Positions 49,281 to 57,850 of a DNA stretch of 64,000 nt are shown here, piece after piece. The translations under genes were made by a program, and so were the position numbers. A model generated the notes under the pieces. The model was not told where the DNA came from, did not search any database, and was given only the letters and a program-made list of their open reading frames with translations. Source of the stretch: a phage; sequence record OZ346189.1; one strand, 5' to 3'. The stretch's first letter is position 1. Each line of letters starts with the position of its first letter.

Positions 49281-49640
49281 CACCTGGCGGGGCCGCTGTC
49301 AACACTTCTTCAAAAATTTTTTCTAACATAATGCACCAACCGCTGCAACCTGGCGGGGCCAGCCTGGCAGGACCTGACTGACCAGGTAGGAGAGAGTGAA
49401 AACTTGCAAACCTGGTAGGCCTATGCTACAGGGCAGGTAACAATTGAAGAGGAGGTACAAAAATGAAAAGTAATATAATCCCCTGGAAAATGTAGCGATC
49501 AACGCCGCTGAAGTTATCACCCTGGTTGAAAAGGCTATGGCGGGAGCGTTGGAACATAAAGAAGAGTACGAAAAATGATGGTTAACCTGGCAGGGGCGGC
49601 GGCTGGAGAATTCTTCCCAAAAAATAATTCTAACTAATGG

Positions 49641-49668
49641 TTGACAGCTCGGAGAGTTCTGTTATTCT
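49641..49668 (+). promoter_or_regulatory. sigma70-like promoter
   Basis: ttgaca-N16-tattct about 55 nt upstream of 49722. Confidence 0.5.
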
Positions 49669-49721
49669 TATCCTCGCAAGGTGAACAACACCACACTAAT
49701 TAACAGAGAGGATAAAAAATC

Positions 49722-49919
49722 ATGAACGCCTACGGAATTAAAGTACGTCGCAACACTCACCAGGCCGTCACCGATCAAATGGTTTGCCAGGTGGACGTAA
49801 CCATCAACAACGGGCAAGGCCTTTATAAATTCCGTCGCGGTCAGAGCTATACCCGGCAACAGCTTAATCGTTGCGCCCTGACAAAAGGCCAGATCAACCA
49901 CTGGTTTAATAAAAAATAA
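49722..49919 (+). CDS. small basic protein
   Basis: 65 aa, RBS agagaggat. Confidence 0.45.
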   Translation: MNAYGIKVRRNTHQAVTDQMVCQVDVTINNGQGLYKFRRGQSYTRQQLNRCALTKGQINHWFNKK

Positions 49920-49922
49920 GTA

Positions 49923-49951
49923 TTGACATATAGTCTGACACCAAATACACT
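49923..49951 (+). promoter_or_regulatory. sigma70-like promoter
   Basis: ttgaca-N17-tacact. Confidence 0.5.
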
Positions 49952-49983
49952 AAAAGCACAAAAGACACTAAGAGGATAAAATC

Positions 49984-50382
49984 ATGAAAACCACTACCTT
50001 TAATTTTGATAATGCGGACTTTTCTTTTTCTGATGTCAAGAACTGCCGCCGGGATCGTGGATTTTACAAGGCTTATAATCTGGTGGGCCTGGACGATGAC
50101 AATAATTTGCACGAAGTAGCTGAGATCCGGTATTATGCCGCCGCCAGCGGGAACACTCAATACTGCGTTTTTTGGATTCACGACAACAAGAACAATAAGT
50201 ACGGTTATACTGGCGGGAAGGCGAGCGGTCACGGTTACGATAAAGCTAATGCAGCACTTGAGAGCGCATTAAATGCTATGGGGATCACTGCCAACGGCTG
50301 GATCTATGAAGAAGAGTTTTTGTCGGCACTTGCTGACCACCTGGGCTATAAAAAGCACATTGTAACATGCGCCCACGAATAA
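49984..50382 (+). CDS. hypothetical protein
   Basis: 132 aa, RBS taagaggat. Confidence 0.5.
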   Translation: MKTTTFNFDNADFSFSDVKNCRRDRGFYKAYNLVGLDDDNNLHEVAEIRYYAAASGNTQYCVFWIHDNKNNKYGYTGGKASGHGYDKANAALESALNAMGITANGWIYEEEFLSALADHLGYKKHIVTCAHE

Positions 50383-50388
50383 AAATTG

Positions 50389-50445
50389 TTGACACGCTGC
50401 AAAATTCAAGTAAACTAGTCACAAAAGGCGGGAATGTTTCCCGCC
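50389..50445 (+). promoter_or_regulatory. sigma70-like promoter plus 5'-terminal stem-loop
   Basis: ttgaca-N16-taaact, then hairpin ggcgggaatgtttcccgcc (50427..50445) at the predicted transcript 5' end. Confidence 0.5.
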
Positions 50446-50464
50446 AACACAAAGGAAAAAGATC

Positions 50465-50869
50465 ATGAATAAGAACGTACGCCGCATCATGAACGAACTG
50501 GCAAACGATGAAAAAATTATTGACATGCATTTGATCAACATTTGCCGCCGTTGTGTAACATATAACAACCGCGCCGCAAAAGCGCGTGAGATGAACGCAA
50601 AAGGCACCTTAAAGCCATTCCAGGTGGTGGTAAAGGCCATTAAAGATGTAGCTAATACGGCAAACCAGGTACAGGGGAACACCAACGAGAGTACCAATAT
50701 TGATCCGGCTTACATCATGAAACGGATCCGGACCTGCAAGAACAAAGAGCAAGTGTATAATGTCATAGACTGGTTGGATTCTATGGGCGATGTGGTGTAC
50801 AATAGATTCTCGGCAGCTATTGAGATCCAGCTTGACAGGTTAGACGGTAAAGTACTTAAAACTTACTAA
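50465..50869 (+). CDS. hypothetical protein
   Basis: 134 aa, RBS aaaggaaaaag. Confidence 0.5.
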   Translation: MNKNVRRIMNELANDEKIIDMHLINICRRCVTYNNRAAKAREMNAKGTLKPFQVVVKAIKDVANTANQVQGNTNESTNIDPAYIMKRIRTCKNKEQVYNVIDWLDSMGDVVYNRFSAAIEIQLDRLDGKVLKTY

Positions 50870-50918
50870 ATTTATTTTTAGATGGCCTTGACTCCAGGGC
50901 CATCAATAAAGTAAATTA
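50870..50918. repeat. conserved intergenic hairpin element, copy 1
   Basis: atttatttttagatggccttgactccagggccatcaataaagtaaatt; copies at 51491 and 55228. Confidence 0.6.
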
Positions 50919-50949
50919 ATCTCAGCTAAGCGAAAAAGGGGGCTTTAAG

Positions 50950-51069
50950 ATGAGCACTACACGCCAATACACAAAGGTAACTATTATCGCCTGCGTTGTC
51001 GGTTACATCCTGGCGCAAATGTTAATGAGTAGCGCTAACAGTTTTGCAAAATTTTTCTTAAATTTTTAA
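50950..51069 (+). CDS. small hydrophobic peptide (39 aa)
   Basis: below track cut-off; RBS aaaaggggg; TIIACVVGYILAQMLM hydrophobic core. Confidence 0.35.
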   Translation: MSTTRQYTKVTIIACVVGYILAQMLMSSANSFAKFFLNF

Positions 51070-51097
51070 TTGACAAGCTAACTTAGATTGATATACT
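51070..51097 (+). promoter_or_regulatory. sigma70-like promoter
   Basis: ttgaca-N16-tatact, then weak hairpin cgggaaaacttccc. Confidence 0.5.
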
Positions 51098-51148
51098 TAA
51101 ACACGTAAACGGGAAAACTTCCCAGAACACACAAAAGGAGAAAACACC

Positions 51149-51490
51149 ATGACTACTATGACCGCCGCAGAAAAAGCTATTCAGATCGCCGCACTGAAAA
51201 AACAGATCGCAGACCTTGAGAACAAGATCGATAACTTTGAAATCGACGAGGACAAGTACGACGAAAACTATGATGAATGGTTAGACGAGATCTACGGCGA
51301 AATTATGATCGGAAACATTTCTTTTCTTCCGTCGCGTATCCTCAAGGAGCTAGATCCTATCACTTACCGCTGCGGATTTAGCGACTACATCGACAGCCTG
51401 GATATTGAGGACGATGAAGAATACCAGGAATTACAGACAGAGTTAGAAGAAGCAAAAGAAGAGCTTGCAGAACTGGAAGAAAACGAGTAA
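51149..51490 (+). CDS. acidic coiled-coil protein
   Basis: 113 aa, very acidic (DEDKYDENYDEW, EDDEEYQELQTELEEAKEELAELEE). Confidence 0.5.
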   Translation: MTTMTAAEKAIQIAALKKQIADLENKIDNFEIDEDKYDENYDEWLDEIYGEIMIGNISFLPSRILKELDPITYRCGFSDYIDSLDIEDDEEYQELQTELEEAKEELAELEENE

Positions 51491-51537
51491 GATTATTTTT
51501 AGATGGCCTTGACTCCAGGGCCATCAATAAAGTAAAC
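51491..51537. repeat. conserved intergenic hairpin element, copy 2
   Basis: gattatttttagatggccttgactccagggccatcaataaagtaaac. Confidence 0.6.
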
Positions 51538-51579
51538 TTTATACTGTTAACACTGAACTAATGCATAGGAGTTAAAACC

Positions 51580-51825
51580 ATGGCAGCACTAATCACCAAA
51601 TATTATGCCCCTACCAACACCAAAAGCGCCCGTATCATGGTAAAAGGCTTCGGACGTAAAAAGGTGTACACCTGGGATTATGCCTTAGACACGGAAGACA
51701 ACTACACCAACGCGATGACCGATTTTATTAATGATCTGAACACGCGGATCTTGACAAATTATAAAATTACCGATATTGCCTATATAGGGGAAGGCGGGAT
51801 CTGTTTTGTCGGTATCGTCAAATAA
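51580..51825 (+). CDS. hypothetical protein
   Basis: 81 aa, RBS taggagtta. Confidence 0.45.
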   Translation: MAALITKYYAPTNTKSARIMVKGFGRKKVYTWDYALDTEDNYTNAMTDFINDLNTRILTNYKITDIAYIGEGGICFVGIVK

Positions 51826-51837
51826 GCTGTTTTTTCG

Positions 51838-51875
51838 GTGGTCCTGGTAGCAGGGCCATCTATAAAGATAGTTTA
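51838..51875. repeat. degenerate copy of the intergenic hairpin element
   Basis: ggtggtcctggtagcagggccatctataaagatagttt shares the 3' half cagggccatc.ataaag. Confidence 0.4.
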
Positions 51876-51899
51876 TCAATACAATGAAAGGAGAAAGTA

Positions 51900-52254
51900 C
51901 ATGATCAGCGGGGCAAGTTTTATTATTGGCGCTATTGCTACGGCTTTAATTGTAAACAAGATCCAATCTAAAAACGAAAAAGATAGCAACGCCCTTACAG
52001 AATACCCGTTTTGGGTATTCAACGACAATGAAGACTATATTATCAAGTACAAGAATGAGAAGGGCGACCAGGTAACACCGCGACCGATCCCGGCTTACAA
52101 GATGCAAGAAACACTATACCGCCTAAAGGCTGGAGGCGCAAAAATCGTAGACTTTTGGGGATACGATCACACAGATCAGGAAGTTATAAAGCGCCGTATC
52201 CGGGCTATTCAGGCCAATATTGAAGTTAGCAAGGGGGGAATATATGAAGATTAA
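51900..52254 (+). CDS. membrane-anchored protein
   Basis: ATG 51900 behind RBS gaaaggagaaag; N-terminal hydrophobic helix ASFIIGAIATALIV. Confidence 0.45.
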
Positions 52255-52441
52255 TTTTGAGAAGATTGTAAAGCGATCTCATGCTTCCGAAGAGCTGCCG
52301 GAACGCCGCCAGCGCAACAATAAACTGAATAAGCCAAAAAGATTTGGGAAGATCTGGCGGAATCATTATGATCGCAAATTACCGGGCCTGCTTTTGGAAC
52401 GTGAACGACAGGCGGAACGATACCGCCACAAAGGCAAATAA
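52244..52441 (+). CDS. small basic protein
   Basis: ATG 52244 behind RBS aagggggga; Arg/Lys-rich. Confidence 0.4.
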   Translation: MKINFEKIVKRSHASEELPERRQRNNKLNKPKRFGKIWRNHYDRKLPGLLLERERQAERYRHKGK

Positions 52442-52622
52442 CAACCAACGCCCCGCCATTGTGCGGGGCTTTTTATTTCTATCCTACGAATAGCGCCCCC
52501 GGTTGGCCCTGTAAGCGCCAAAAAGGCCCCACCTATGCAATCGCCCCCCTTTAACCTGAAAACATCGCTTAGGGCCGTTTTATGGCGTTAAAAATATCAT
52601 TGATAGTGATTTTATTTAAAGC

Positions 52623-52654
52623 TTGACATCTTAAACAGGTTAGCTATACTAACC
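52623..52654 (+). promoter_or_regulatory. sigma70-like promoter with inverted repeat across the -10 box
   Basis: ttgaca-N17-tatact; ggttag/ctaacc flank the -10. Confidence 0.5.
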
Positions 52655-52682
52655 ACATCAAAGAGAGAAAGGAGTAAACGCC

Positions 52683-52943
52683 ATGCGTAAATTAAAAAAT
52701 TTTGATAAAGTTGATGTTGTCCTGAATAATTTTTACTACTGCAACAACAAGGCCATTTGGTGGCGTGATAGTTCCACCGATAAAGTCAAGGCGCGCTTTC
52801 TCCAGGGGCACTGGCAAGGCCGTCCAGTGATTAAAATCATGGGGCAATTGGTAGCGTTTAAAAATTGCCGCCGTGTTGATGACGTTGAGGAGATTTTAAA
52901 CATTTTGCGCCACAATAATTTAAAAAATAGTGTTGACAAGTAA
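52683..52943 (+). CDS. hypothetical protein
   Basis: 86 aa, RBS aaaggagtaaacgcc. Confidence 0.45.
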   Translation: MRKLKNFDKVDVVLNNFYYCNNKAIWWRDSSTDKVKARFLQGHWQGRPVIKIMGQLVAFKNCRRVDDVEEILNILRHNNLKNSVDK

Positions 52944-52989
52944 ATCTCAATAAGTATAATTAAACACACAGGCGGGAAAACTTCCCGCC
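52933..52989 (+). promoter_or_regulatory. sigma70-like promoter plus 5'-terminal stem-loop
   Basis: ttgaca-N16-tataat, then hairpin ggcgggaaaacttcccgcc (52971..52989). Confidence 0.55.
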
Positions 52990-53017
52990 ACTAACAAAGA
53001 AAACAGGAGAAAATATC

Positions 53018-53641
53018 ATGACCACCGTTAACATTACCACAGGTTACAATTTAGCTTTCGACGTGCTGACCGACGAACAAAAAGAAAAAGCCGTTGAAAT
53101 GGTCCGCGAAAGAGAAGAACACAGCGGGGATAACTTTTTTGCAGAAAGTGTAATTGAAGACTATAAAGAATATATCTTTCCAGAGTATGGCCTTGAAGAT
53201 ACCGAAGTACATTGGTCCGGCTTTTGGTGCCAGGGCGACGGCGCATCAATCAGTGCGGAAAACGTGGATTTAGAAAAATTCTTGCGTAAAGTCAAGTCTC
53301 TGACTAAATTCCGCTCAATTCGTCACTTGTTCGGCACAATGCACGATGGCGAGCTATCCGCAAGTGTTGAGCGCGATCCATATAGCCGTTATAGTCACGA
53401 AAACACTGTAAGCGGGTACATCGATACTACATGGCTAGACCTGACCGCCAAACAAGAAAACAAAGTGGAAGACCTGGAAGAACTGATCACCGAGACGGTA
53501 CGGGAGCTATCCCGCAAGGTTTACGTAGACCTGGAGGAGGCCTATCTAGAACAGTTCACCGCAGAAAACCTGATCGGCCTTATCGAGGCCAATGATTGGC
53601 GGTTTGATGTCGATGAATATGGTGAGATGACTTTTTCATAA
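53018..53641 (+). CDS. hypothetical protein
   Basis: 207 aa, RBS acaggagaaaat. Confidence 0.5.
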   Translation: MTTVNITTGYNLAFDVLTDEQKEKAVEMVREREEHSGDNFFAESVIEDYKEYIFPEYGLEDTEVHWSGFWCQGDGASISAENVDLEKFLRKVKSLTKFRSIRHLFGTMHDGELSASVERDPYSRYSHENTVSGYIDTTWLDLTAKQENKVEDLEELITETVRELSRKVYVDLEEAYLEQFTAENLIGLIEANDWRFDVDEYGEMTFS

Positions 53642-53649
53642 ATAAAGTG

Positions 53650-53707
53650 TTGCAATAGCCTAAAAACCTGCTATATTAAAACTCAAGGGGGCAAGACGTT
53701 TGCCCCC
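53650..53707 (+). promoter_or_regulatory. sigma70-like promoter plus 5'-terminal stem-loop
   Basis: ttgcaa-N17-tatatt, then hairpin gggggcaagacgtttgccccc (53687..53707). Confidence 0.5.
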
Positions 53708-53731
53708 ACACAAAACAAAGAGGAAAACATC

Positions 53732-54112
53732 ATGAAAAACACTACTAAAGCTATTGACACTGTTATGTTTAACCTGGTTACATTCCGTGAAGATATGAAA
53801 GATCTTCCACGTGAAACAGTGTGCGATCACATTGAAAACTATCGCAAACTAATCAAAGAGTTGCCTTTAAAACGTGACCAGTATGCGGCTAACGCTATGC
53901 TTAACGCCATGATCAAAAAGATGATTCAGTGTGATTTAACTCTGGCCTATGATTATGCAGGTGGTCGTTTTGCAGTATACAATCAGCCCGTGCCTGGTAT
54001 GAGCACCACCGAAGAATTGCACGCGTTAAATCTGAAACAAGATGTATGGGATAACATGCCCCGCGTGGTGGTGTGGGCAGAAAGCGGAAAGATTTACGGC
54101 GATAATTTTTAA
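53732..54112 (+). CDS. hypothetical protein
   Basis: 126 aa, RBS aagaggaaaac. Confidence 0.5.
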   Translation: MKNTTKAIDTVMFNLVTFREDMKDLPRETVCDHIENYRKLIKELPLKRDQYAANAMLNAMIKKMIQCDLTLAYDYAGGRFAVYNQPVPGMSTTEELHALNLKQDVWDNMPRVVVWAESGKIYGDNF

Positions 54113-54176
54113 TCAGGTAACAGGCGGCATATTTGCCGCCTTATTGTTAAACAGAACTGCAAAAGAGGTACATAGA

Positions 54177-54548
54177 ATGGAATTTATTATTTTGGCTGTA
54201 GTAGTTGCCTTGTTCAACGCCTGGATCGCTGGCAAGATAGGTAGATCCGCTTTTCTATGGTTTGTTATATCTATTTTCCTGGGAGTGGTTGCAACTATTG
54301 TATTGGTTATCCTTGCAATTGTTGACAAGGGCGATAATAGAAAGGGTAAAGTGTTTTCCGACCTGTATGACGCACAAACGTTTGTCAACGCCTATTATAG
54401 TGATCTTCCAGTCTCCCTACGCTGCAGCCTGGCACAACAGGTTTTTGATGAGGCTAAAACCAGAGACCAAGCCCATGAGATATGTTTAACTGAAGCGGAT
54501 CGCCTATTTGAGAGGAATAGAAAATATGTGGACCAGCCGTTTAAATAA
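54177..54548 (+). CDS. two-helix membrane protein
   Basis: ATG 54177 behind RBS aagaggtaca; IILAVVVALFNAWIAG and FLWFVISIFLGVVATIVLVILAIV hydrophobic segments. Confidence 0.45.
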   Translation: MEFIILAVVVALFNAWIAGKIGRSAFLWFVISIFLGVVATIVLVILAIVDKGDNRKGKVFSDLYDAQTFVNAYYSDLPVSLRCSLAQQVFDEAKTRDQAHEICLTEADRLFERNRKYVDQPFK

Positions 54549-54747
54549 CGCCACGTTAATTAATCCCTTTAGTGAAGATTTGAAGCCAGCCGCCTGGCGT
54601 GACGGATTCAATAACGAACGCTTTATTTTCAGGCCTGATCTTGAGGAATTTTATAACAATGGATCGAACAACAGCGGAGATAATTTTTCTTGTGGTGTGC
54701 GTGGTGATAGGACTCCTGGGGGCCATTGTAAACCACGTCACTACTAA
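54526..54747 (+). CDS. hypothetical protein (alternative: 41-aa membrane peptide at 54659..54784 in another frame)
   Basis: ATG 54526 behind RBS gagagga; the overlapping frame encodes a hydrophobic peptide, so assignment is uncertain. Confidence 0.3.
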   Translation: MWTSRLNNATLINPFSEDLKPAAWRDGFNNERFIFRPDLEEFYNNGSNNSGDNFSCGVRGDRTPGGHCKPRHY

Positions 54748-55026
54748 CAGGAGGGAAGGGGGAGACGATGACAACCAAGGATAAGCCATGCGCTGATAAG
54801 GTGCGCCGTGTTATGGTATGGCTTGAGATTATCGCCCTTGAAATATTGTTAGGCGTAGGGATGTACTTTATCGCTGTAAGTAACTAAGAGCGGCCCCCGA
54901 TCATGGGGGCCTATCTTTTTAAAAAATTTTTCTTCCGGGGTGTTGCAATCCGGTCCGGAATGTGGATAATAACAATCAACGGGGAGCTAATCCCCACCAC
55001 CACAAAAACCAGAAAGGAGAAACAAA

Positions 55027-55227
55027 ATGAGCAACAATATCCGCGTTATTAACTTCAAAAAAGAAGAAAAAATTGCCGTGCTGATTGACGGTCAAGAAAT
55101 CTTCAAGGGCGACTATGAAGATCATCAAACGGCGATTAGTATCACTCGCGTGATTGGTTATCATAATTTCTACCCCCAAGGCGCTGAGGCAGCAGTTAAA
55201 CGAATCAAAGAGATTGTAGGCCTGTAA
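55027..55227 (+). CDS. hypothetical protein
   Basis: 66 aa, RBS aaaggagaaac. Confidence 0.45.
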   Translation: MSNNIRVINFKKEEKIAVLIDGQEIFKGDYEDHQTAISITRVIGYHNFYPQGAEAAVKRIKEIVGL

Positions 55228-55277
55228 AATTTATTTTTAGATGGCCTTGACTTCAGGGCCATCGATAAAGTAAATTT
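55228..55277. repeat. conserved intergenic hairpin element, copy 3
   Basis: aatttatttttagatggccttgacttcagggccatcgataaagtaaattt. Confidence 0.6.
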
Positions 55278-55320
55278 AAACCCTGTTAAAATACCACGCA
55301 GTTAACAAGGAGTGATAGAC

Positions 55321-55620
55321 ATGTTTATCCAGGCTAATAATCTTTATTTCTTTGATGGTCAGATCGTAGATGGTGTGGAAGTGGAGATCACCGGGTGCCC
55401 TGGCGGTCAGGCTATGACTTTTCGGAATAATGCCTTTGATGATTCTCATATCGTTATGAGAATGGAAGTTACGAAGCTGGACGACAAGAAAACACTTATT
55501 GACTATTCTGTGAAAGATCATCCAGACTACCGCATGATCCATGGTGATTTGTGCATTGTTGACCGTGACAAGGTGGGCGGCATTGTGATCGCTATTGTGA
55601 ACGATGTTTTCTCAAACTAA
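55321..55620 (+). CDS. hypothetical protein
   Basis: ATG 55321 behind RBS aaggagtga. Confidence 0.45.
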   Translation: MFIQANNLYFFDGQIVDGVEVEITGCPGGQAMTFRNNAFDDSHIVMRMEVTKLDDKKTLIDYSVKDHPDYRMIHGDLCIVDRDKVGGIVIAIVNDVFSN

Positions 55621-55637
55621 TTTCAGCAGGCGATTTT

Positions 55638-55988
55638 ATGAAAGTCAAACTATATTACCTTAATGAGCTTAACCCCCTTGCCCAGGTCCGCGCCCTAGCT
55701 AATACCTTGATTTGTGAGAAATCTGTATATTGTGTTGAGCTTAACGCCATGCGTGAACGTCTCAAAGGTGGTTACTTTGACATCCATGCTGCAATCAACG
55801 GCCTGAATATGGAATTTATACGCTTACGTAACAGCCGCCGGAATCTGGCAAGAATGGAACAAGATCCGGCCCACCTTCGTAAGCTGGTTATTGAAAATCA
55901 TCTGATGTTTAATGCCGAGGGTGATTATTACCATTTTCACCGCAAACGCTGGTACCGTGGCGGCAATACAGGCAAGAATGCAAAATAA
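55638..55988 (+). CDS. hypothetical basic protein
   Basis: 116-aa ORF. Confidence 0.45.
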   Translation: MKVKLYYLNELNPLAQVRALANTLICEKSVYCVELNAMRERLKGGYFDIHAAINGLNMEFIRLRNSRRNLARMEQDPAHLRKLVIENHLMFNAEGDYYHFHRKRWYRGGNTGKNAK

Positions 55989-56019
55989 GGCCCCTAGCAG
56001 GGCCTGCAGCAATATAATC

Positions 56020-56055
56020 ACATAAAGGCCATGCGGTTGCATGGCCTTTATTATT
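56020..56055 (+). terminator. rho-independent terminator
   Basis: aaaggccatgcggttgcatggcctttattatttt. Confidence 0.6.
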
Positions 56056-56190
56056 TTGGCGTTACAACGGCATACGGGGCGCTTAAAAAATTTTTAAAGA
56101 AGTACTTGCATCATTCCCGACAATATGGATAATAAGAGTTGTCGAGGGGGAGGCCCCCAATCGTTGACCAGATAGATAGGAGTTAAAATC

Positions 56191-56475
56191 ATGGCTATTG
56201 TTACCGCTGGCGATGTAGTAGAAATGGAAGCAAAATACTTAAAAGCGGGTATGCACATCCTACGGAATGATCAAGAGTTATTATTAACGATGGTTGACTA
56301 TAATCACGGCCAGGATTATCCAAGCATCGACTACTTTTTTGAGTATGTTGATGAAGAGTTGAAAGAGGATGAGGCCTATTGCGGTGAGTTCTGCAACTTC
56401 TTTTGTCCTGATGAGGTTGTAAAGGTTATTTATCAACCTGGCGTAGCTTTCCCGCTGCACGCTATCAATAAATAA
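56191..56475 (+). CDS. hypothetical acidic protein
   Basis: 94 aa, RBS taggagtta; preceded by hairpin gggggaggccccc. Confidence 0.45.
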   Translation: MAIVTAGDVVEMEAKYLKAGMHILRNDQELLLTMVDYNHGQDYPSIDYFFEYVDEELKEDEAYCGEFCNFFCPDEVVKVIYQPGVAFPLHAINK

Positions 56476-56530
56476 ACCTGGCGGGGCCGAAAAGGCCCCC
56501 AATTATGAAAATAAAGAGAGGCAAATCATC

Positions 56531-56764
56531 ATGATGGAACAAATTAAACGCGCCGAGGCTATTAATGGCAACGTGATCTATTTTGTCAGCAAAAACGAAA
56601 AAGGCGTACCATATGCGGCAGTAATAGTACAACCTGACGGCGATTATTGGTTTACTGTGTACGGCGCTTATTCTTTTGGGCGTCCAGTGCATGATAAAAT
56701 TTTGAAAGTAGCGAACCCTACCGGGAAGAATATCACAGCAGAAAAATTTTTTGAAAATAGTTGA
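56531..56764 (+). CDS. hypothetical protein
   Basis: 77-aa ORF, RBS agagaggcaaatc. Confidence 0.45.
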   Translation: MMEQIKRAEAINGNVIYFVSKNEKGVPYAAVIVQPDGDYWFTVYGAYSFGRPVHDKILKVANPTGKNITAEKFFENS

Positions 56765-56789
56765 CATGACCATATAAGACTGTAATATA
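56761..56789 (+). promoter_or_regulatory. sigma70-like promoter
   Basis: ttgaca-N17-taatat, then weak hairpin gggggcaactaacccc. Confidence 0.5.
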
Positions 56790-56839
56790 TAAATCAAAGG
56801 GGGCAACTAACCCCACCAACTACAAAGAGGATAAAAATC

Positions 56840-57019
56840 ATGGCTATTATTGCAAAGACTGAGATCGTAGGCTTAGATTCTATTCTCCTCGCATATGAGG
56901 AAGCTATAGAAATGTATGTGGTTTCCTATGGTGAGTATATCCGTGAATATAAATCTATTGATCTGGCTTTTGAATGTTATATCCGCCAGGTTAATAAAGC
57001 GTACGATGATTATCGTTAA
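56840..57019 (+). CDS. small protein (59 aa)
   Basis: below track cut-off; RBS aagaggataaaaatc. Confidence 0.4.
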   Translation: MAIIAKTEIVGLDSILLAYEEAIEMYVVSYGEYIREYKSIDLAFECYIRQVNKAYDDYR

Positions 57020-57025
57020 AATAGT

Positions 57026-57082
57026 TTGACAACAGCCATCTTACAAAGCATAATACATAAGGCGGTGGAATGGTCCGCCACC
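57026..57082 (+). promoter_or_regulatory. sigma70-like promoter plus 5'-terminal stem-loop
   Basis: ttgaca-N17-cataat, then hairpin ggcggtggaatggtccgccacc (57061..57082). Confidence 0.5.
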
Positions 57083-57106
57083 TGGAACAAAGAAGAGGTA
57101 AACACC

Positions 57107-57352
57107 ATGAAAAGCAATAAAGGTTATAACGGTTACAAAAACAAAACTCATTGGAATGTAAGCCTTTGGATTAATAACGATGAGTCATTGTACCGGTTGG
57201 CCCAAGGCTTTATTAACGCCAATGCTAATCGTAATGATGCGGCGCGGGATATGATGCTTTTTCTGGAGCTAACCGGACAAGATAAGACCCCGGACGGCTT
57301 CAAGTACAGCACTACGGCGATCCGTGCCGCGATGGTTGGAATGAAACACTAA
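57107..57352 (+). CDS. hypothetical protein
   Basis: ATG 57107 behind RBS gaagaggtaaac (track ORF starts at 57026, upstream of the promoter). Confidence 0.45.
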   Translation: MKSNKGYNGYKNKTHWNVSLWINNDESLYRLAQGFINANANRNDAARDMMLFLELTGQDKTPDGFKYSTTAIRAAMVGMKH

Positions 57353-57429
57353 AAGCACATAGCTGCCTTACCCTGGGGCTGTGGTAGCGGCCCCATGAAT
57401 AAGGTTACTAACAGAAGAGAATAAACACC

Positions 57430-57534
57430 ATGAAACAGAAATTAATCGATGCAGTGATCTTGGTTATTGCCCTGGGTATTGGCCTGATTGCAACCATGTC
57501 TAATATGATCTTGTCTTCCAACGGTATCGGGTGA
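57430..57534 (+). CDS. small hydrophobic peptide (34 aa)
   Basis: below track cut-off; AVILVIALGIGLIATM single helix. Confidence 0.3.
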   Translation: MKQKLIDAVILVIALGIGLIATMSNMILSSNGIG

Positions 57535-57543
57535 GGTTGGCAA

Positions 57544-57759
57544 ATGATCACTAACAAAACAGGCAAAACGGAATTTTTACGCAACTTACAGATCGGCAAG
57601 CCTGAGATCTGGTACTGCACTAAAACACCACGTGACGAAATGAAAGACTTCACCGCCACGCTGCAACGGGTAAAGATATCTATCACGCAGAAAAAGGCCT
57701 TACTAGTGGTGGAAGGGGAGATCCCCCAAACCGTTGTTATAGTTGAGCGTACAGCATAG
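57544..57759 (+). CDS. hypothetical protein
   Basis: 71-aa ORF. Confidence 0.4.
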   Translation: MITNKTGKTEFLRNLQIGKPEIWYCTKTPRDEMKDFTATLQRVKISITQKKALLVVEGEIPQTVVIVERTA

Positions 57760-57850
57760 TTTAATTTATACAGATACCTGAAAATTAACCAACAAAGCAT
57801 AAACAGGCGGTTACCGCCGCCTTAAACGTAGCAGAAAGAGGATAGACACA

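Larger units (their letters stand above)
48445..49721. other. 1.3-kb non-coding regulatory hub: AT-rich iterated motifs, then GC-richer direct repeats
   Basis: no credible ORF; aaatggat x4, ctcgatctgtttttc x2, tttcgttttc x2, two ~90-bp direct repeats, CCTGG-rich 3' part. Confidence 0.6.

Noticed and set aside
49052-49381. 109-aa ORF from the six-frame track
   Set aside because: Lies across the GC-rich direct repeats, encodes low-complexity Pro/Gly/Ala-rich sequence and has no ribosome-binding site; judged non-coding.
49463-49495. 10-codon mini-ORF (MKSNIIPWKM) with strong gaggaggt ribosome-binding site as a possible leader peptide
   Set aside because: No obvious attenuator structure or regulated downstream gene could be linked to it from sequence alone; too short to assess.
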